Source of the DNA: Spirochaetia bacterium
GTDB lineage: Bacteria > Spirochaetota > Spirochaetia > DSM-2461
Reading direction: 5' to 3'
NCBI GenBank assembly: GCA_963666985.2
Contig: CAXXIA010000002.1
Coordinates: forward strand, 2,688,001 to 2,752,000
DNA: 64,000 bases
Shown: in pieces, positions 1 to 10,272 of the stretch
Layout: each line of letters begins with the position of its first letter
How positions within the stretch are numbered: position 1 is the first letter of the stretch
Notes under the pieces: generated by a model
What the model was told of the DNA's origin: nothing
What the model saw: the letters and a program-made list of their open reading frames with translations, nothing else
Databases searched by the model: none
Position numbers and translations under genes: made by a program

Positions 1-770
1 CGGAGAACGCCGAGGACTATGCCGAGTTTGTCGAACAGTACAATAGGCCTCTTAAAGAGGGGCTGTATTCGGATTGGGCTCACCGGGATGATCTTTTGTC
101 GCTGGTCCGCTACAAATCCACCTCCGTGGAAGGCTGGACAAGTCTTAAGGAATACAAAGACAGAATGCCGGAAGATCAGAAGGCCATCTACTACATTGCC
201 GGCGATAATGAGGATTCTTTGAGAAAATCTCCCCTTCTTGCTTCCTATAAAGAGAAGGGATATGAAGTTCTGATTATGGCCGATGAAATCGACGAGATTG
301 TCACGCCGATGATCGGGCCCTTTGAGGAAAAGGAATTCAAGGCCATCAATCGTTCCGGCGCTCTGGATGATTTGAAGACCGAGGATGATAAGAAGAAGGA
401 AAAGGACGCCGAGCCGGTTCTGAAAAAGATTAAAAAAGTCCTGGGAGAGGCCGTTAAGGATGTGGTGGCTTCCGCCCGGCTCGCCGATGCTCCGAGCTGC
501 CTTGTTTCCGACGATGCGGATCCTTCGGCTCAGATGAGGCAGATGCTTAAGGCCATGGGTCAGAAGGACATTCCGGAGGCCACGTTTATCCTTGAGGTGA
601 ATCCCGATCATCCGGTGGTGAAGGGACTGGCCGAGGAGAAAGACAAGGAACTCTTGGAAGATGTCGCGTATCTTCTCTACGAGCAGGCCCTTCTGGTTGA
701 GGGCGTGGAATTGAAGGATCCGGTTGCCTTTGCCGCCCGGCTGAACCGCGTGGCCGCCAAGGCGCTGTAA
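1..770 (+). CDS. htpG: Molecular chaperone HtpG (Hsp90), 5' end outside the window
   Basis: Frame open from window start (ENAEDYAEFVEQYNRPLKEGLYSD...); motifs SLKEYKDRM, IYYIAG, LEVNPDHP, LLYEQALLVEG typical of the HtpG middle/C-terminal domain. Confidence 0.95.
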   Translation, partial: ENAEDYAEFVEQYNRPLKEGLYSDWAHRDDLLSLVRYKSTSVEGWTSLKEYKDRMPEDQKAIYYIAGDNEDSLRKSPLLASYKEKGYEVLIMADEIDEIVTPMIGPFEEKEFKAINRSGALDDLKTEDDKKKEKDAEPVLKKIKKVLGEAVKDVVASARLADAPSCLVSDDADPSAQMRQMLKAMGQKDIPEATFILEVNPDHPVVKGLAEEKDKELLEDVAYLLYEQALLVEGVELKDPVAFAARLNRVAAKAL

Positions 771-841
771 GGGCTGTTCAGCCCTCTGACTTCGGGTAAT
801 CGGCGGCGGCGCTCCGGCGTTGTCCATGAGGAGTTGTTTCC

Positions 842-1339
842 ATGAAAAGAATCATTGCGATCGTTATCGTTTTTGCCGCGGCCGTCGGCATCGTCTCGGC
901 TCAAAGCCTTCGTGAAGACCGGGAAATAAAAACATTGAACGAAGAGGCTCTTGAAGGGCGGGTTAAAGCCGGTGTTCTGCTGGGGATGCCTTCCGGGGCC
1001 ACGATAGGATATCGATTCTCGAATTGGTTTGAGACGAATCTGACGGTCGGATACAGTTTTATCCATAAAAACTCGGCCGTTGTAAGAGCCAACAGCCTTT
1101 TTACGGTTTTGGAGATTCCCATGGGAGACGCGGGAATGATGCCGTTTTCCTTGGGCCCTCAGGTCAGTTTCTTCTTTGGGGATAAGTTTGTTGTTCAGCT
1201 TGTGGGAGATCTTCGTCTGGAGTACACCTTTGAAGAGATTCCCTTAAATCTTTTTGTCGAGGGCGGATTTGGTTTTCAATTCAACGATGACGACTGGATT
1301 GCCTGGAATTCGGGAATCGGGGTTCGGTACGTTTTTTAG
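842..1339 (+). CDS. Putative small outer-membrane beta-barrel protein (DUF3996/BAPKO_0422-like)
   Basis: Signal peptide, amphipathic beta strands, C-terminal GIGVRYVF; SD GAGGAG upstream. Confidence 0.7.
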   Translation: MKRIIAIVIVFAAAVGIVSAQSLREDREIKTLNEEALEGRVKAGVLLGMPSGATIGYRFSNWFETNLTVGYSFIHKNSAVVRANSLFTVLEIPMGDAGMMPFSLGPQVSFFFGDKFVVQLVGDLRLEYTFEEIPLNLFVEGGFGFQFNDDDWIAWNSGIGVRYVF

Positions 1340-1437
1340 GCCGGTATCGGCAGCCCCCCGCGGGGAGCGTTTCGCAGGCGGTTTCCTGCGGAAGCTTCGA
1401 AGCGGCGGCGGTTCGGCGCTTGTCTTTTAGGAAATGA

Positions 1438-1463
1438 AGCGGCTCGGTTGAGCCGCTTTTTTT
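1438..1463 (+). terminator. Rho-independent terminator
   Basis: aagcggctc-ggtt-gagccgctt hairpin followed by a T run. Confidence 0.7.
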
Positions 1464-1577
1464 GTGTCCGTTCGGGATGCACGGAGGGACGCCGGAACGG
1501 GCGGCCGCTGCGATGAACCGCCGCCGGGGTCAGCTGAAAAATGCCGATGCGGTTTCTTCGGAAGTGAGACTTTCTCG

Positions 1578-1608
1578 TTGACCTTGGGACAGTTCCATAG
1601 TTTAGATT
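1578..1608 (+). promoter_or_regulatory. MerR-type promoter/operator 1 (cupin-SDR operon)
   Basis: TTGACC-TTGGGACAGTTCCATAGTT(19 bp)-TAGATT; dyad TGGGAC-A-GTTCCA in the spacer; similar copies at 10242-10272(-) and 16064-16094(+). Confidence 0.75.
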
Positions 1609-1800
1609 GAAAATGCGGATTTATAGAGGTGTTTTTACTTTGGTTTGCATGCCGGTTGGCAAGAGCGAAATGCTTTCGGCCATAGTAAAACGGCAAAGAT
1701 TCACGGTCCGAGTCGGCCTTGGAGCGTGGATATTCCTCTTTGATCTTTCTCGGATCCTTATCGGGAACCGTTATTTTAAGTCAACTTAAGGAGAATGAAA

Positions 1801-2127
1801 ATGAAGGTAGTTAAAGATGCCGCAGGCACACCGTATGAAGCTCCAAAACATTTTGGTGTTTACGGTATTCAAAAATTTGTACAGGAATCCGAAAGAGTGA
1901 AAGTTTCCTATTCTTATTTCCAGCCGGATGGCGGCTGTGAAATGACCGGCACTCCGACGGAGAAGATTTACTACGTTGTAAAGGGCTCCATAACAATCAA
2001 AGGAAAAAATGAAAGTCATGTGCTCAATCAGGGAGACATAATTTTCATTGCCGCGAATGAAGAGCGTGCAATGTCGATTAACGACGGCAAGCCTGCCGAA
2101 GTGCTCGTTTTTGTTATTAAGCCGTAA
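1801..2127 (+). CDS. Cupin domain protein
   Basis: Cupin barrel pattern (EKIYYVVKGSITI...LNQGDIIFIAANEER); SD AAGGAG; alternative start 1795. Confidence 0.8.
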   Translation: MKVVKDAAGTPYEAPKHFGVYGIQKFVQESERVKVSYSYFQPDGGCEMTGTPTEKIYYVVKGSITIKGKNESHVLNQGDIIFIAANEERAMSINDGKPAEVLVFVIKP

Positions 2128-2145
2128 TTTTGCAGGAGATGGAAA

Positions 2146-2910
2146 ATGAAAGATTTGTTCAGACTTGATGATAAAGTCGCCGTCGTTATCGGCGGCGCAG
2201 GCGGAATCGGCCAGTCCTGTTCCCTCGCTCTCAGTCAGCAGGGCGCCAAGGTGGTTATCGCCAGCCGGAATCGTGAGGCCATTGAAAAGGCGGCGGTTGA
2301 GATTAATAAAGAAACAGGGAATGAAACGGCCTTTTTTACGGTTGATACCTCCGACGAGGCAACCATCGGCAATCTGGTTGATCAGACCGTAAGCCGGTTC
2401 GGAAAGGTTGATATTCTGGTAAACGCCCAGGGGATGAATAAGAAAGGTCTTATTCTGGACTTCCCGGCTGAAGAATGGGACAAGCTTTTTGAGGTGAACG
2501 TTAAGGGTGTGATGCTTTGCTGCCGTACCTTCGCAAAGGCTATGAAGGAAAAGGGCGGAAAGATCATCAATATGTCTTCGGTTCGGGGCATCAGGGGAAC
2601 CGGCGGCGGAAATACCCCCTACGGCGCGACCAAGGGCGCCGTCGATATGATTACCCGAATGCTGGCGGCCGAATGGGCCGAGTATAATATCAATGTCAAC
2701 GCCATGGCTCCTTCCCTTGTTCTGACCGATGCCGTTAAAAAGGCCGTTGCTCCGGACCGTTTGAAAATGCTTGCCGCAAGCAGCCTGTTCAAGCGCCTCG
2801 GAACTCCCGAAGAAATGGCCGGCGCCTGTGTGTTTCTCGCCTCGCCCGCGGCCGATTTCATCACGGGACAAATCATTTACATTGACGGCGGTTTGACGGC
2901 CGTCGGTTAA
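2146..2910 (+). CDS. SDR family oxidoreductase, probably NADP(H)-preferring; candidate aromatic-ring (phloroglucinol-type) reductase
   Basis: GGAGGIG, NAQG, catalytic S..YGATK, ASRN after beta-2, IDGG. Confidence 0.9.
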   Translation: MKDLFRLDDKVAVVIGGAGGIGQSCSLALSQQGAKVVIASRNREAIEKAAVEINKETGNETAFFTVDTSDEATIGNLVDQTVSRFGKVDILVNAQGMNKKGLILDFPAEEWDKLFEVNVKGVMLCCRTFAKAMKEKGGKIINMSSVRGIRGTGGGNTPYGATKGAVDMITRMLAAEWAEYNINVNAMAPSLVLTDAVKKAVAPDRLKMLAASSLFKRLGTPEEMAGACVFLASPAADFITGQIIYIDGGLTAVG

Positions 2911-3050
2911 TTTGAAATTTTCATAAGTGACGTTTGGCGACTGGCCAAAAAGGCCGGATGGTGCATGACCCGCCGGCTTTTTTTATTCCCAAACGGGCGA
3001 GAGAAGCGAAGCATTATGGCAAAGCGGAGGGGCTGCGAAGAAGCTCCGCT

Positions 3051-3476
3051 TCAGGACAAGCTCCGGGTATTGAACCCTTTTATTTTTTCATAGATTTCAG
3101 GCAGTTTTTCTTCCAGATTTAAGGACTTCATGTCGGGGCCTGTCCAGATATGAAAGGATGTCGCCGTGCTGAGCGGAGCGGTCTCGCCGGAGCGAAACAG
3201 TTCGTATTCAAGTTCCAGTTTTTTCGGAGCATAGGATTTAACCTTCGTTTTTATCAGCAGGCTGTCGGGGTAATACGCCGGAGCAAGGTACTGAATGTTC
3301 AGGTTGACCATTGCGGGGTTGATGCCCAGCGAATCCATGTCCTGATAGGGAAATCCGATCTTGGCCATGATTTCCATACGGGCGATTTCATACCACAAGG
3401 GGTAAACAGCATGGTGCGCGATGCCCATTTTATCCACATCCGGATACCGTGTTGCAATGGAAGTTTCACAGATCAT
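3051..3476 (-). CDS. Acyl-CoA thioesterase (YbgC/4HBT hot-dog fold)
   Basis: RYPDVDKMGIAHHAVYPLWYEIAR motif; start moved to ATG 3476. Confidence 0.85.
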   Translation of the reverse strand: MICETSIATRYPDVDKMGIAHHAVYPLWYEIARMEIMAKIGFPYQDMDSLGINPAMVNLNIQYLAPAYYPDSLLIKTKVKSYAPKKLELEYELFRSGETAPLSTATSFHIWTGPDMKSLNLEEKLPEIYEKIKGFNTRSLS

Positions 3477-3673
3477 TTTCAGCCGTCCCTTCTTTATAAT
3501 ATAGCCTGAGGCAATTTCATACTCCATGAAATTGCTTCTATCTGATGCCCGAAATCCCCCCGAACGCGCTGAGGGGGGGGGGCAAAAGCCGCTGTTTTTT
3601 GGATTCACCTCACCGTGTAATAAAAACGAAGCGCTTTGAGCCTCGCGGCTTTTGGGAAGAAATCCTATTCCAT

Positions 3674-3708
3674 AAAAAATAGCCGGGAATCCAAGGACTC
3701 CCGGCTAT
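3674..3708 (-). terminator. Rho-independent terminator of the thiolase...bthL-like operon
   Basis: atagccggga/tcccggctat 10-bp stem, T-tract on the minus strand, 18 bp after the stop at 3727. Confidence 0.7.
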
Positions 3709-3726
3709 GGCGTTATCCGTTCTCTT

Positions 3727-4593
3727 TTAGGCTTTGGTCAGATAGGTCATTCCCAGGTAATGATCGGTATCCGTGAGTGCCGTGAGCTTAATCGGCGCAT
3801 ACCCTTCCTTAACGATTTCTATCTCGACGTTTTCTTTTTTAGGCAGCCATTCCACTTCCCAATCGCCGAAGTCGTTGGTGATTGCTTCAAAAACTTCTCC
3901 GCTTTTACGGCAGGTAATTTTGATTTTGGCGCCCACACAGACCTCTTCCATCTCTTCGGGGTAGTAAACGGTACCGGATAAGAAAACCGTGGGTACGTTA
4001 AGGTGAACGACATTCGTTTCCTTGCCTTCAAGCTCGGGCAGCTGCGTAACGCGGTTTTTGGCAATGATTTTAGACACTTCGCTTTCGGGGTTGTCCAAAT
4101 CGCCGAACACCAACGCGCCGTTGGGGCACGCCTCGACACAGCGCGGCTTTTTATACTCGGCACCCAGGTATGAAAGATAATTCGGATCATCCAGCAGCTC
4201 GGCGCACATGTTGCACTTTTGGGGCAGCTGTTTTTCTTCGTTCCAGTAGATCGCTCCCAGGGGACATGCGTCCGCAATCGCTTTTTGTCCCTTGGCTTTT
4301 ACAGGATCGATAATAACGATTCCGTCATCTCTTTTATAAACGGCTCCGTCCTTGGCCGCTTTCATGCAGGCCGGATCGGCGCAGTGTGAGCACGGAGTCG
4401 GAACCGTCGCCACTTTAATATGGCGGGAGTCGTCTCCGCGTTCCCATTCGCGGATGTCCATCCAAAATTGTCCCATCATGGGCTGAGAGGCGGACAGCTT
4501 TGTATCATAACCGCAGTGTTCATCTTTACAAGCGGTGTAGCAACAGTAGCAGGCCATGCAGGCTTTTGAGTCTATAGCAATTCCTAATCTCAT
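3727..4593 (-). CDS. bthL: 4Fe-4S small subunit of molybdoenzyme 1 (pyrogallol transhydroxylase beta/BthL-like)
   Basis: CMACYCCYTACKDEH, CSHCADPAC, ACPLGAIYWN, KCNMCAELLD, PRCVEACP plus the C-terminal beta domain (TNDFGDWE) characteristic of BthL; overlaps the large-subunit stop. Confidence 0.85.
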   Translation of the reverse strand: MRLGIAIDSKACMACYCCYTACKDEHCGYDTKLSASQPMMGQFWMDIREWERGDDSRHIKVATVPTPCSHCADPACMKAAKDGAVYKRDDGIVIIDPVKAKGQKAIADACPLGAIYWNEEKQLPQKCNMCAELLDDPNYLSYLGAEYKKPRCVEACPNGALVFGDLDNPESEVSKIIAKNRVTQLPELEGKETNVVHLNVPTVFLSGTVYYPEEMEEVCVGAKIKITCRKSGEVFEAITNDFGDWEVEWLPKKENVEIEIVKEGYAPIKLTALTDTDHYLGMTYLTKA

Positions 4594-7265
4594 TTTTTTA
4601 CCGCTTCCTTCGCTTTATTTTTGATTTTCTCCTGCATATGGAAGAATCCGTTACCCTCGATGATTTCAACGCATGTTTCGGCATCGGCATCGCCTTCTTT
4701 GGCAACCTTATCCAGCTTATGCTCGAAATACTGACCTTGAGGTATCGGGCCGTCGTACTTGCATACGTCGATGAGTGTTGAATTCGGCGCCATCCCGGGA
4801 ACCATATCGCCTATGAGCCGGCCCGGAGTAAGAACGTTGACGCAGCCGCCGATGTCCATGGAGCATTCACCGGGCTTTACGGGATTGTAAATGCCCGAAG
4901 AGCCGTAGGCGTGGATGGTGTTCTCCTCAACGCGGTAGGTTACCCGCGCGACACAGAGAACGCTTCCCCGCTCGTTGAACAAGAGAATGAGGTCTCCGTC
5001 TTTTATACCCTTTTCTTCCGCCTTTTTCGGGTGGATACGGGCGACAAGATAAGGGTTGCCGTTGATATACACGCGGTTTTCGGGGATTTCCCAGAACCAG
5101 GGCGTCGAGGAGTTGTGCTGTGTATGATAATCGAAGCGCGGGTGCGGGCTGATCAGGTGGAACGGATATTTTTTCGCCTTGAGGGAATGATGTCCTTCCC
5201 AGCTGTATTTATAGGTCGCGATGGGCGTGCGAACCTCGTCCTGAGGGGCCCAGTAGAGGAGCGACTCCGAGACGAACTCGAATTTTCCCGTAAAGGTGCC
5301 GAGCCTGCCTTCTTCCTGAAAGACCTTGTGGTTCGGCGTATCGCAGGGACGGTCTTCCACGAACCATCGGAATCCGGGATGACGTTCCCAATCCTCGGGC
5401 ACACCGGCAATGTAGTAGCCTTTTTTGGTAAAATCTTCCCAGCTGATTTTTTCGCACAGGTCGGATTTTTCCCAGAAACGCTTGCACCAGGCAAGCTCGT
5501 CCCGGCCTTCGGTAAATTCTTCGCCCCAGCCCAGACGCTCCGCGATTTGTGAGAAAATCCAGTAGTCCGAGCGGGATTCCCAAAGAGGTTCAATCGCCTT
5601 GTCCTGGAAAACAACGACCTGCCAGCTGCAGCCCGTTTGCGAGTGCGACTGATATCCGCCGTTTCCCGAGTTACAGAATTCACCGATGTCATAGCGTTCC
5701 AGATTGGTACACGCGGGCAGAATAACGTCGGCGAAACGGGATTCACCGTGAAAGTGAATGTCCTGATTCACGACGAATTCAAGTTCCGGACTTCGGTACA
5801 TTTTGACCCATTTGTTCGTGTCGAGCATACTGCCCATGAACGTGCCGCCGTATCTGTAGAACAGATGAACCTTGTTGGAGCCGGGTTCCGGATAGACGTG
5901 TTCGGTAAATTCCTGGTCGATACCGCCGCCGCAGAAGCCTTCTCCGTACCACTCGTAGTGGCCGTCTAAAATAGCATCCGGAAGGTTCGGACGGTAGAGC
6001 TTCTGCGTGACGCAGTTAACCGCGGTTTTGTCGGCAATCGGCTGATTGGCAATCTGGCTTAAGGGATCGGAATAGCCGCCGAACCAGAAGTTGTAGTCCA
6101 TCGGCGCGCCTGTTGTACCGGACCAGATATTCTGTCCCGGTTTGCCCATGCCCTGCATGGCGAAGAGCTGGACCATGAGTCTGGCGAATTCGGTACCGTT
6201 CGCCGTACGGCAAACTCCGCCGAAGCCGCCGCGCAGACCGGAGCCGCCCATGGTTTTGGTCGTTCCCCAGCGGCGGGCCAGCGCCTTAATATCAGCCGCC
6301 GGAATTCCCGTTTCGTTCTCACACCATTTCGGTGTTTTTGCCAGTCTGTCCGCGCCGTTACCCAGAATGTAGTCGGCCCATTCGTCAAATCTGTGGGCGT
6401 GCTTGGCGATGTATTCCTTATCGTAGAGACCTTCTGTGAGCCAGACATAGGCGATGCCCTCGCAAAGAGCCGCGTCCGTTCCGGGGCGGGGGCCGAACCA
6501 CTTATCCGCCTGCTTAACGGAAGAGAAATTGTTAAACGGATCGATATAGATGAATTGTACGCCCAAATCATCGAGCCAGTGACGCCACATGGTGGATTCG
6601 TTGCCGGCATATCCGCCTCTTGTCGTGTCGGGATCGTGCGACCACATAATCATGGTTTCAACGTTTTTCAGCGCGTCTTCCAAGAGGTCGAAGGCTTCGG
6701 TCCCGCCGAGCCGCCAATGGTAGCCGTAAGTATGCGGACAGCCCCATGTAAAACCTTCCCAGGAATCGGGATTGTCCAGAATTTGCGTGTAGCCGAGCAT
6801 TCTGAAAAAGCGGGCAAACGTGGATAATTTGTAGCCCAGAAGTCCCCAGCTGTGGTGGGAACTTGTAATGGCCGTAACGGACTCCTTGCCGTACGTATCC
6901 TGCACGCGCTTAATTTCGCGGGCGACCAGCGACAAAGCCTCGTCCCAGGTTGCCTTGCGGTAACCCGATTTCCCGCGGTTGTCCGTATTGCGGTTTTGAC
7001 CGTCGGGTGTTTCGACGAAATCCTCACGGATCATCGGGTAACGGATGCGGTCATATGAATAAGCGCGGTTTTTCTCGGTTAAGGCGATAAACGCGGGAGA
7101 CGTTTTTCTATGAGGGGTAAACTCCTTGCCGCGTGCTTTTATCGTCCAGCCCTTAGGATCGGTTTCGTTAAATACAATAGGCCTTACGCGTCTGATAACA
7201 CCATCTTCGGTATGTATCGCGATAGGTCCTCCGACACAGATACTGTGAGTAATTTTCTCGGCCAA
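4590..7265 (-). CDS. athL: Bis-MGD molybdoenzyme large subunit 1, close homologue of pyrogallol:phloroglucinol transhydroxylase AthL
   Basis: GGP N-terminus without an Fe-S Cys motif or Tat signal; TSSHHSWG, NPDSWEG (Ser ligand), WRLG.EAFDLLEDALK, ADVILPACTNLER, SPHPRF.YHT, GGCVNVLTP; TTG start with SD GGAGG. Confidence 0.85.
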   Translation of the reverse strand: MAEKITHSICVGGPIAIHTEDGVIRRVRPIVFNETDPKGWTIKARGKEFTPHRKTSPAFIALTEKNRAYSYDRIRYPMIREDFVETPDGQNRNTDNRGKSGYRKATWDEALSLVAREIKRVQDTYGKESVTAITSSHHSWGLLGYKLSTFARFFRMLGYTQILDNPDSWEGFTWGCPHTYGYHWRLGGTEAFDLLEDALKNVETMIMWSHDPDTTRGGYAGNESTMWRHWLDDLGVQFIYIDPFNNFSSVKQADKWFGPRPGTDAALCEGIAYVWLTEGLYDKEYIAKHAHRFDEWADYILGNGADRLAKTPKWCENETGIPAADIKALARRWGTTKTMGGSGLRGGFGGVCRTANGTEFARLMVQLFAMQGMGKPGQNIWSGTTGAPMDYNFWFGGYSDPLSQIANQPIADKTAVNCVTQKLYRPNLPDAILDGHYEWYGEGFCGGGIDQEFTEHVYPEPGSNKVHLFYRYGGTFMGSMLDTNKWVKMYRSPELEFVVNQDIHFHGESRFADVILPACTNLERYDIGEFCNSGNGGYQSHSQTGCSWQVVVFQDKAIEPLWESRSDYWIFSQIAERLGWGEEFTEGRDELAWCKRFWEKSDLCEKISWEDFTKKGYYIAGVPEDWERHPGFRWFVEDRPCDTPNHKVFQEEGRLGTFTGKFEFVSESLLYWAPQDEVRTPIATYKYSWEGHHSLKAKKYPFHLISPHPRFDYHTQHNSSTPWFWEIPENRVYINGNPYLVARIHPKKAEEKGIKDGDLILLFNERGSVLCVARVTYRVEENTIHAYGSSGIYNPVKPGECSMDIGGCVNVLTPGRLIGDMVPGMAPNSTLIDVCKYDGPIPQGQYFEHKLDKVAKEGDADAETCVEIIEGNGFFHMQEKIKNKAKEAVKK

Positions 7266-7268
7266 TTC

Positions 7269-7721
7269 CTACACCTCCACCAGCGATTGCGCGAGTTCGG
7301 AGGTTGGATCGATTTTAATCATACCGCCGACAAGAGAGCCGTTCACCACCTCAAAACACCGCAGGTTGTACACCTCCGACAAGGCAACCTTATACGTTTT
7401 ACCGTCGGCCGCTTTGTAAACGGAACCTGTTTTGAACATGTGCTGTACCATCATTTTTCCGCTCTTCGGCATTTTGCCTTTGCGCTTAAAGCTCGGCTGA
7501 ACGCCAAATCGCTCATCACGTAATACTCCGACGTTTTCCCAGCCGTCTATGGCCGAAAGCGCGTCTTCCATCGCCTTTGTTTCCTTAAGGGTCGGCACGC
7601 CCGTGCCGTTCAGGCCTTGGTACCAAAGCTGAAGGGGAGAGATTACTTCCCCTTGATAACCGTCAAGGTACTTCTTTACCAAAGCCGTCAGCTCCGAAGG
7701 ATCGTTTGGGATTTTTGCCAT
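7269..7721 (-). CDS. Hypothetical protein (150 aa) in the molybdoenzyme operon
   Basis: Tight packing between neighbours, SD GGAGA, protein-like composition; no family recognised. Confidence 0.75.
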   Translation of the reverse strand: MAKIPNDPSELTALVKKYLDGYQGEVISPLQLWYQGLNGTGVPTLKETKAMEDALSAIDGWENVGVLRDERFGVQPSFKRKGKMPKSGKMMVQHMFKTGSVYKAADGKTYKVALSEVYNLRCFEVVNGSLVGGMIKIDPTSELAQSLVEV

Positions 7722-7725
7722 GATA

Positions 7726-8139
7726 TCAGCTTCTCCCTTTTGTCTTTGTTTTTTGGTTTTCCCTGTTCGGGATGAAAAAATCTATGTCTTCGTTCAAATC
7801 CACATCCGCGCTTGGAAACATGTTTATGATGGCTTCTTCCGCACTGCACATAACGCCGTAAATGTTAAAATCCCTGCCGAATTCCACCGCGAATACGGAT
7901 TCGGCCACATCCAGCAGGTTTTTAACGATCGCGGTACCTTTGTCGTCTTTTCCGAAGCTTTTTCGACCGCCTTCGGAAAATCCCAAGGTATGAGAAAAAA
8001 CCATATATTCGTCCGCCGCATTAAAAATGTACAAAAAGTCATCATGAGAACGCCCCGCGACCATGGTACACGGGGAGAGTTCCTTTAATGCCGCTTCGGG
8101 ATCTTTTCCAAGAACGCTGATGTGAATTTCTTCATTCAT
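7726..8139 (-). CDS. Hypothetical protein (137 aa) in the molybdoenzyme operon
   Basis: ATGA overlap with the upstream BKACE stop; no family recognised. Confidence 0.75.
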   Translation of the reverse strand: MNEEIHISVLGKDPEAALKELSPCTMVAGRSHDDFLYIFNAADEYMVFSHTLGFSEGGRKSFGKDDKGTAIVKNLLDVAESVFAVEFGRDFNIYGVMCSAEEAIINMFPSADVDLNEDIDFFIPNRENQKTKTKGRS

Positions 8140-8984
8140 ACGTGTTTTGTCAGACCAAGAAGATCGCGGGCATCCTGTGCCGTCGCGATTTCCCTGTTGG
8201 TAATCTCGGACAGTTTCACGGCACGTTCGACAAGCTGGGCGTTTGTTGCCAGGACTCCTTTGTCGAAGTAGATGTTGTCTTCAAGACCCACGCGAAGTCC
8301 GTCGCAGCCTTCGGCAAGCCCCAGCAGCATGCAGGGAACGTGGAAACGGCCGATACCCGTGATGCTCCAGGTTGAACCCGGCAGCATTTTCGGCAAGAGG
8401 TAGCCCAGGCTCTCGGCATCACCGTCCATACCGCCGGCCACGCCCAGGACGAACTGATAATGCACGGGTTCTTTTATAAAACCGTGTTTAACATAGTATT
8501 TAATCGCACCCATCATGCCGGCGTCGAAAATCTCGCATTCGGGTTTAATATTAAGCTCTTGTGAAACCATGCCCAGCTTCTCAAGAAACGCCGGGGTATT
8601 CAGGAACACGCTTTTGTAGCCCCAGTTAATTGTACCGGGATCGTAGGAACACATTTCGGGCTTGCACTCGGCAAGCTGGTTCAGGCGGAGTTCGTCCGAG
8701 AACTTTGAACCGGAAGTTGTCAGGTTGAGTACGACATCAAGATTTTCTTTCGCAAGACCTTCACGAGCTTTGTCGCAAACTTCCTTGAACACTTCCGTGT
8801 CCATGCAGTTTACCCCATCCTTGTCCCTGACATGAATGTGGGCGATCGCGGCACCCGCTTTGGCGCAGTTCACAACGTCCTGTGCGATTTCATCGGGTGT
8901 GATCGGTACGTTGGGGTTTTGCGCTTTTGTTGTGCCCGCACCGGTGAGACACGCTTGAATAATGACCTTTTTCGATTTTGCCAA
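8136..8984 (-). CDS. Beta-keto acid cleavage enzyme (Kce/DUF849 family)
   Basis: PNVPITPDEIA, AHIHVRD, LNLTTSG, KPECEIFDAG, RVGLEDN metal-binding motifs. Confidence 0.92.
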   Translation of the reverse strand: MAKSKKVIIQACLTGAGTTKAQNPNVPITPDEIAQDVVNCAKAGAAIAHIHVRDKDGVNCMDTEVFKEVCDKAREGLAKENLDVVLNLTTSGSKFSDELRLNQLAECKPEMCSYDPGTINWGYKSVFLNTPAFLEKLGMVSQELNIKPECEIFDAGMMGAIKYYVKHGFIKEPVHYQFVLGVAGGMDGDAESLGYLLPKMLPGSTWSITGIGRFHVPCMLLGLAEGCDGLRVGLEDNIYFDKGVLATNAQLVERAVKLSEITNREIATAQDARDLLGLTKHV

Positions 8985-9005
8985 TTTATTTATCCCTCCA
9001 AATTT

Positions 9006-10205
9006 TTATACAGCTTCAACGATAACCGCCTGACCCATTCCGCCTGCGATGCAGAGTGAGGCAAGCCCGTATTTTGAACCGCGGCGGCGCATTTCATGTA
9101 AAAGAGTTACGATGATTCTGGCGCCGGAGCTGCCCACAGGGTGCCCCAATGCGATCGCGCCGCCGTTTACGTTTGTAATTTCAGGATTCAAACCGAGTTC
9201 GCGAATACATCCGAGCGACTGCGCCGCAAAGGCTTCGTTCAGTTCGATCAGCTCGATTTGCTCCAGGCTAAGGCCTGTTTGCTCCAATACCTTTTTTATC
9301 GCGGGAACGGGGCCCAAACCCATGATTCTCGGATCAAGGGCGGCCGTCGCATGCCCTTTGATAACGGCCATCGGCTTCATGTTCAGCTCTTCGGCCTTTT
9401 CCTCGGACATCAGGATCAGGGCGGACGCGCCGTCGTTTCTGCCGGAGGCGTTGCCCGCCGTAACGGTTCCCGTACCGTCGGAACGGAATGCCGGTTTGAG
9501 GTTCGCGAGTTTTTCCAAAGAGGTTTCGCGGGGATATTCATCCACCTCGAATATGATCGGATCTTTTTTTCGTCCCTGGGGAACCGATACGGGGACGATT
9601 TCATCTTTAAATTTCCCCGCTTTGATCGCCTCGGCCGCACGCAGCTGAGAGGTGAGCGCGAATTGATCCTGATCTTCACGGCTGATGTTCATTTTTTCGG
9701 CGACGTTTTCCGCCGTGAGGCCCATATTGAACGAACCGTATATTTCTTCGGGCTGAGATTTAAACTGTCCTTCGGTAAGGGAATCGACAAACTGAGTGGT
9801 TCCGGTACCGACGCCGTAGCGGGCGTTTCTGACATAGAAAACGGCGTTCGACATACTTTCCGTACCGCCCGCCAGAACCACGTCGTTTTGCCCGCAGGCA
9901 ATGGACATCGCTCCGTTGACAACCGCCGTCATTCCCGATGCGCATTGACGCATAACCGTATATGCCGGAGTTTCTTCCGGGATTCCGCACCTCAGCGCCG
10001 CAATTCGTGCGATATTCGGATTATCGGAGCTTTGACGGCAGTGCCCCATGATGACTTCGTCGATTTCCTTAGGCGCGATTTTGCTGCGTTCCAAGGCGCC
10101 GCCGATGACGGCACATGCAAGCGCATCCGCGTCGAGGGGACGCAGGGAGCCGCCCATGCTTCCTACGGCGGTTCTGCATGCTTCGACTATAACGACTCTT
10201 TTCAA
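9006..10205 (-). CDS. Acetyl-CoA C-acetyltransferase (thiolase)
   Basis: [25 protein letters not shown] motifs. Confidence 0.95.
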   Translation of the reverse strand: MKRVVIVEACRTAVGSMGGSLRPLDADALACAVIGGALERSKIAPKEIDEVIMGHCRQSSDNPNIARIAALRCGIPEETPAYTVMRQCASGMTAVVNGAMSIACGQNDVVLAGGTESMSNAVFYVRNARYGVGTGTTQFVDSLTEGQFKSQPEEIYGSFNMGLTAENVAEKMNISREDQDQFALTSQLRAAEAIKAGKFKDEIVPVSVPQGRKKDPIIFEVDEYPRETSLEKLANLKPAFRSDGTGTVTAGNASGRNDGASALILMSEEKAEELNMKPMAVIKGHATAALDPRIMGLGPVPAIKKVLEQTGLSLEQIELIELNEAFAAQSLGCIRELGLNPEITNVNGGAIALGHPVGSSGARIIVTLLHEMRRRGSKYGLASLCIAGGMGQAVIVEAV

Positions 10206-10241
10206 GAGTAAAACCTCCTTATTTTTCGTATCCTGCGAAAA

Positions 10242-10272
10242 AGTCTAAACTCTGTAATCGTTCAGGGGTCAA
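10242..10272 (-). promoter_or_regulatory. MerR-type promoter/operator 2 (thiolase-BKACE-athL-bthL operon)
   Basis: Minus strand TTGACC-CCTGAACGATTACAGAGTT(19 bp)-TAGACT; the -35 overlaps the LysR stop codon. Confidence 0.75.

Noticed and set aside
1607..1789. 60-aa ORF behind MerR promoter 1
   Set aside because: Start overlaps the -10 box, no SD, no recognisable features; more likely a 5' leader, though a leader peptide cannot be excluded
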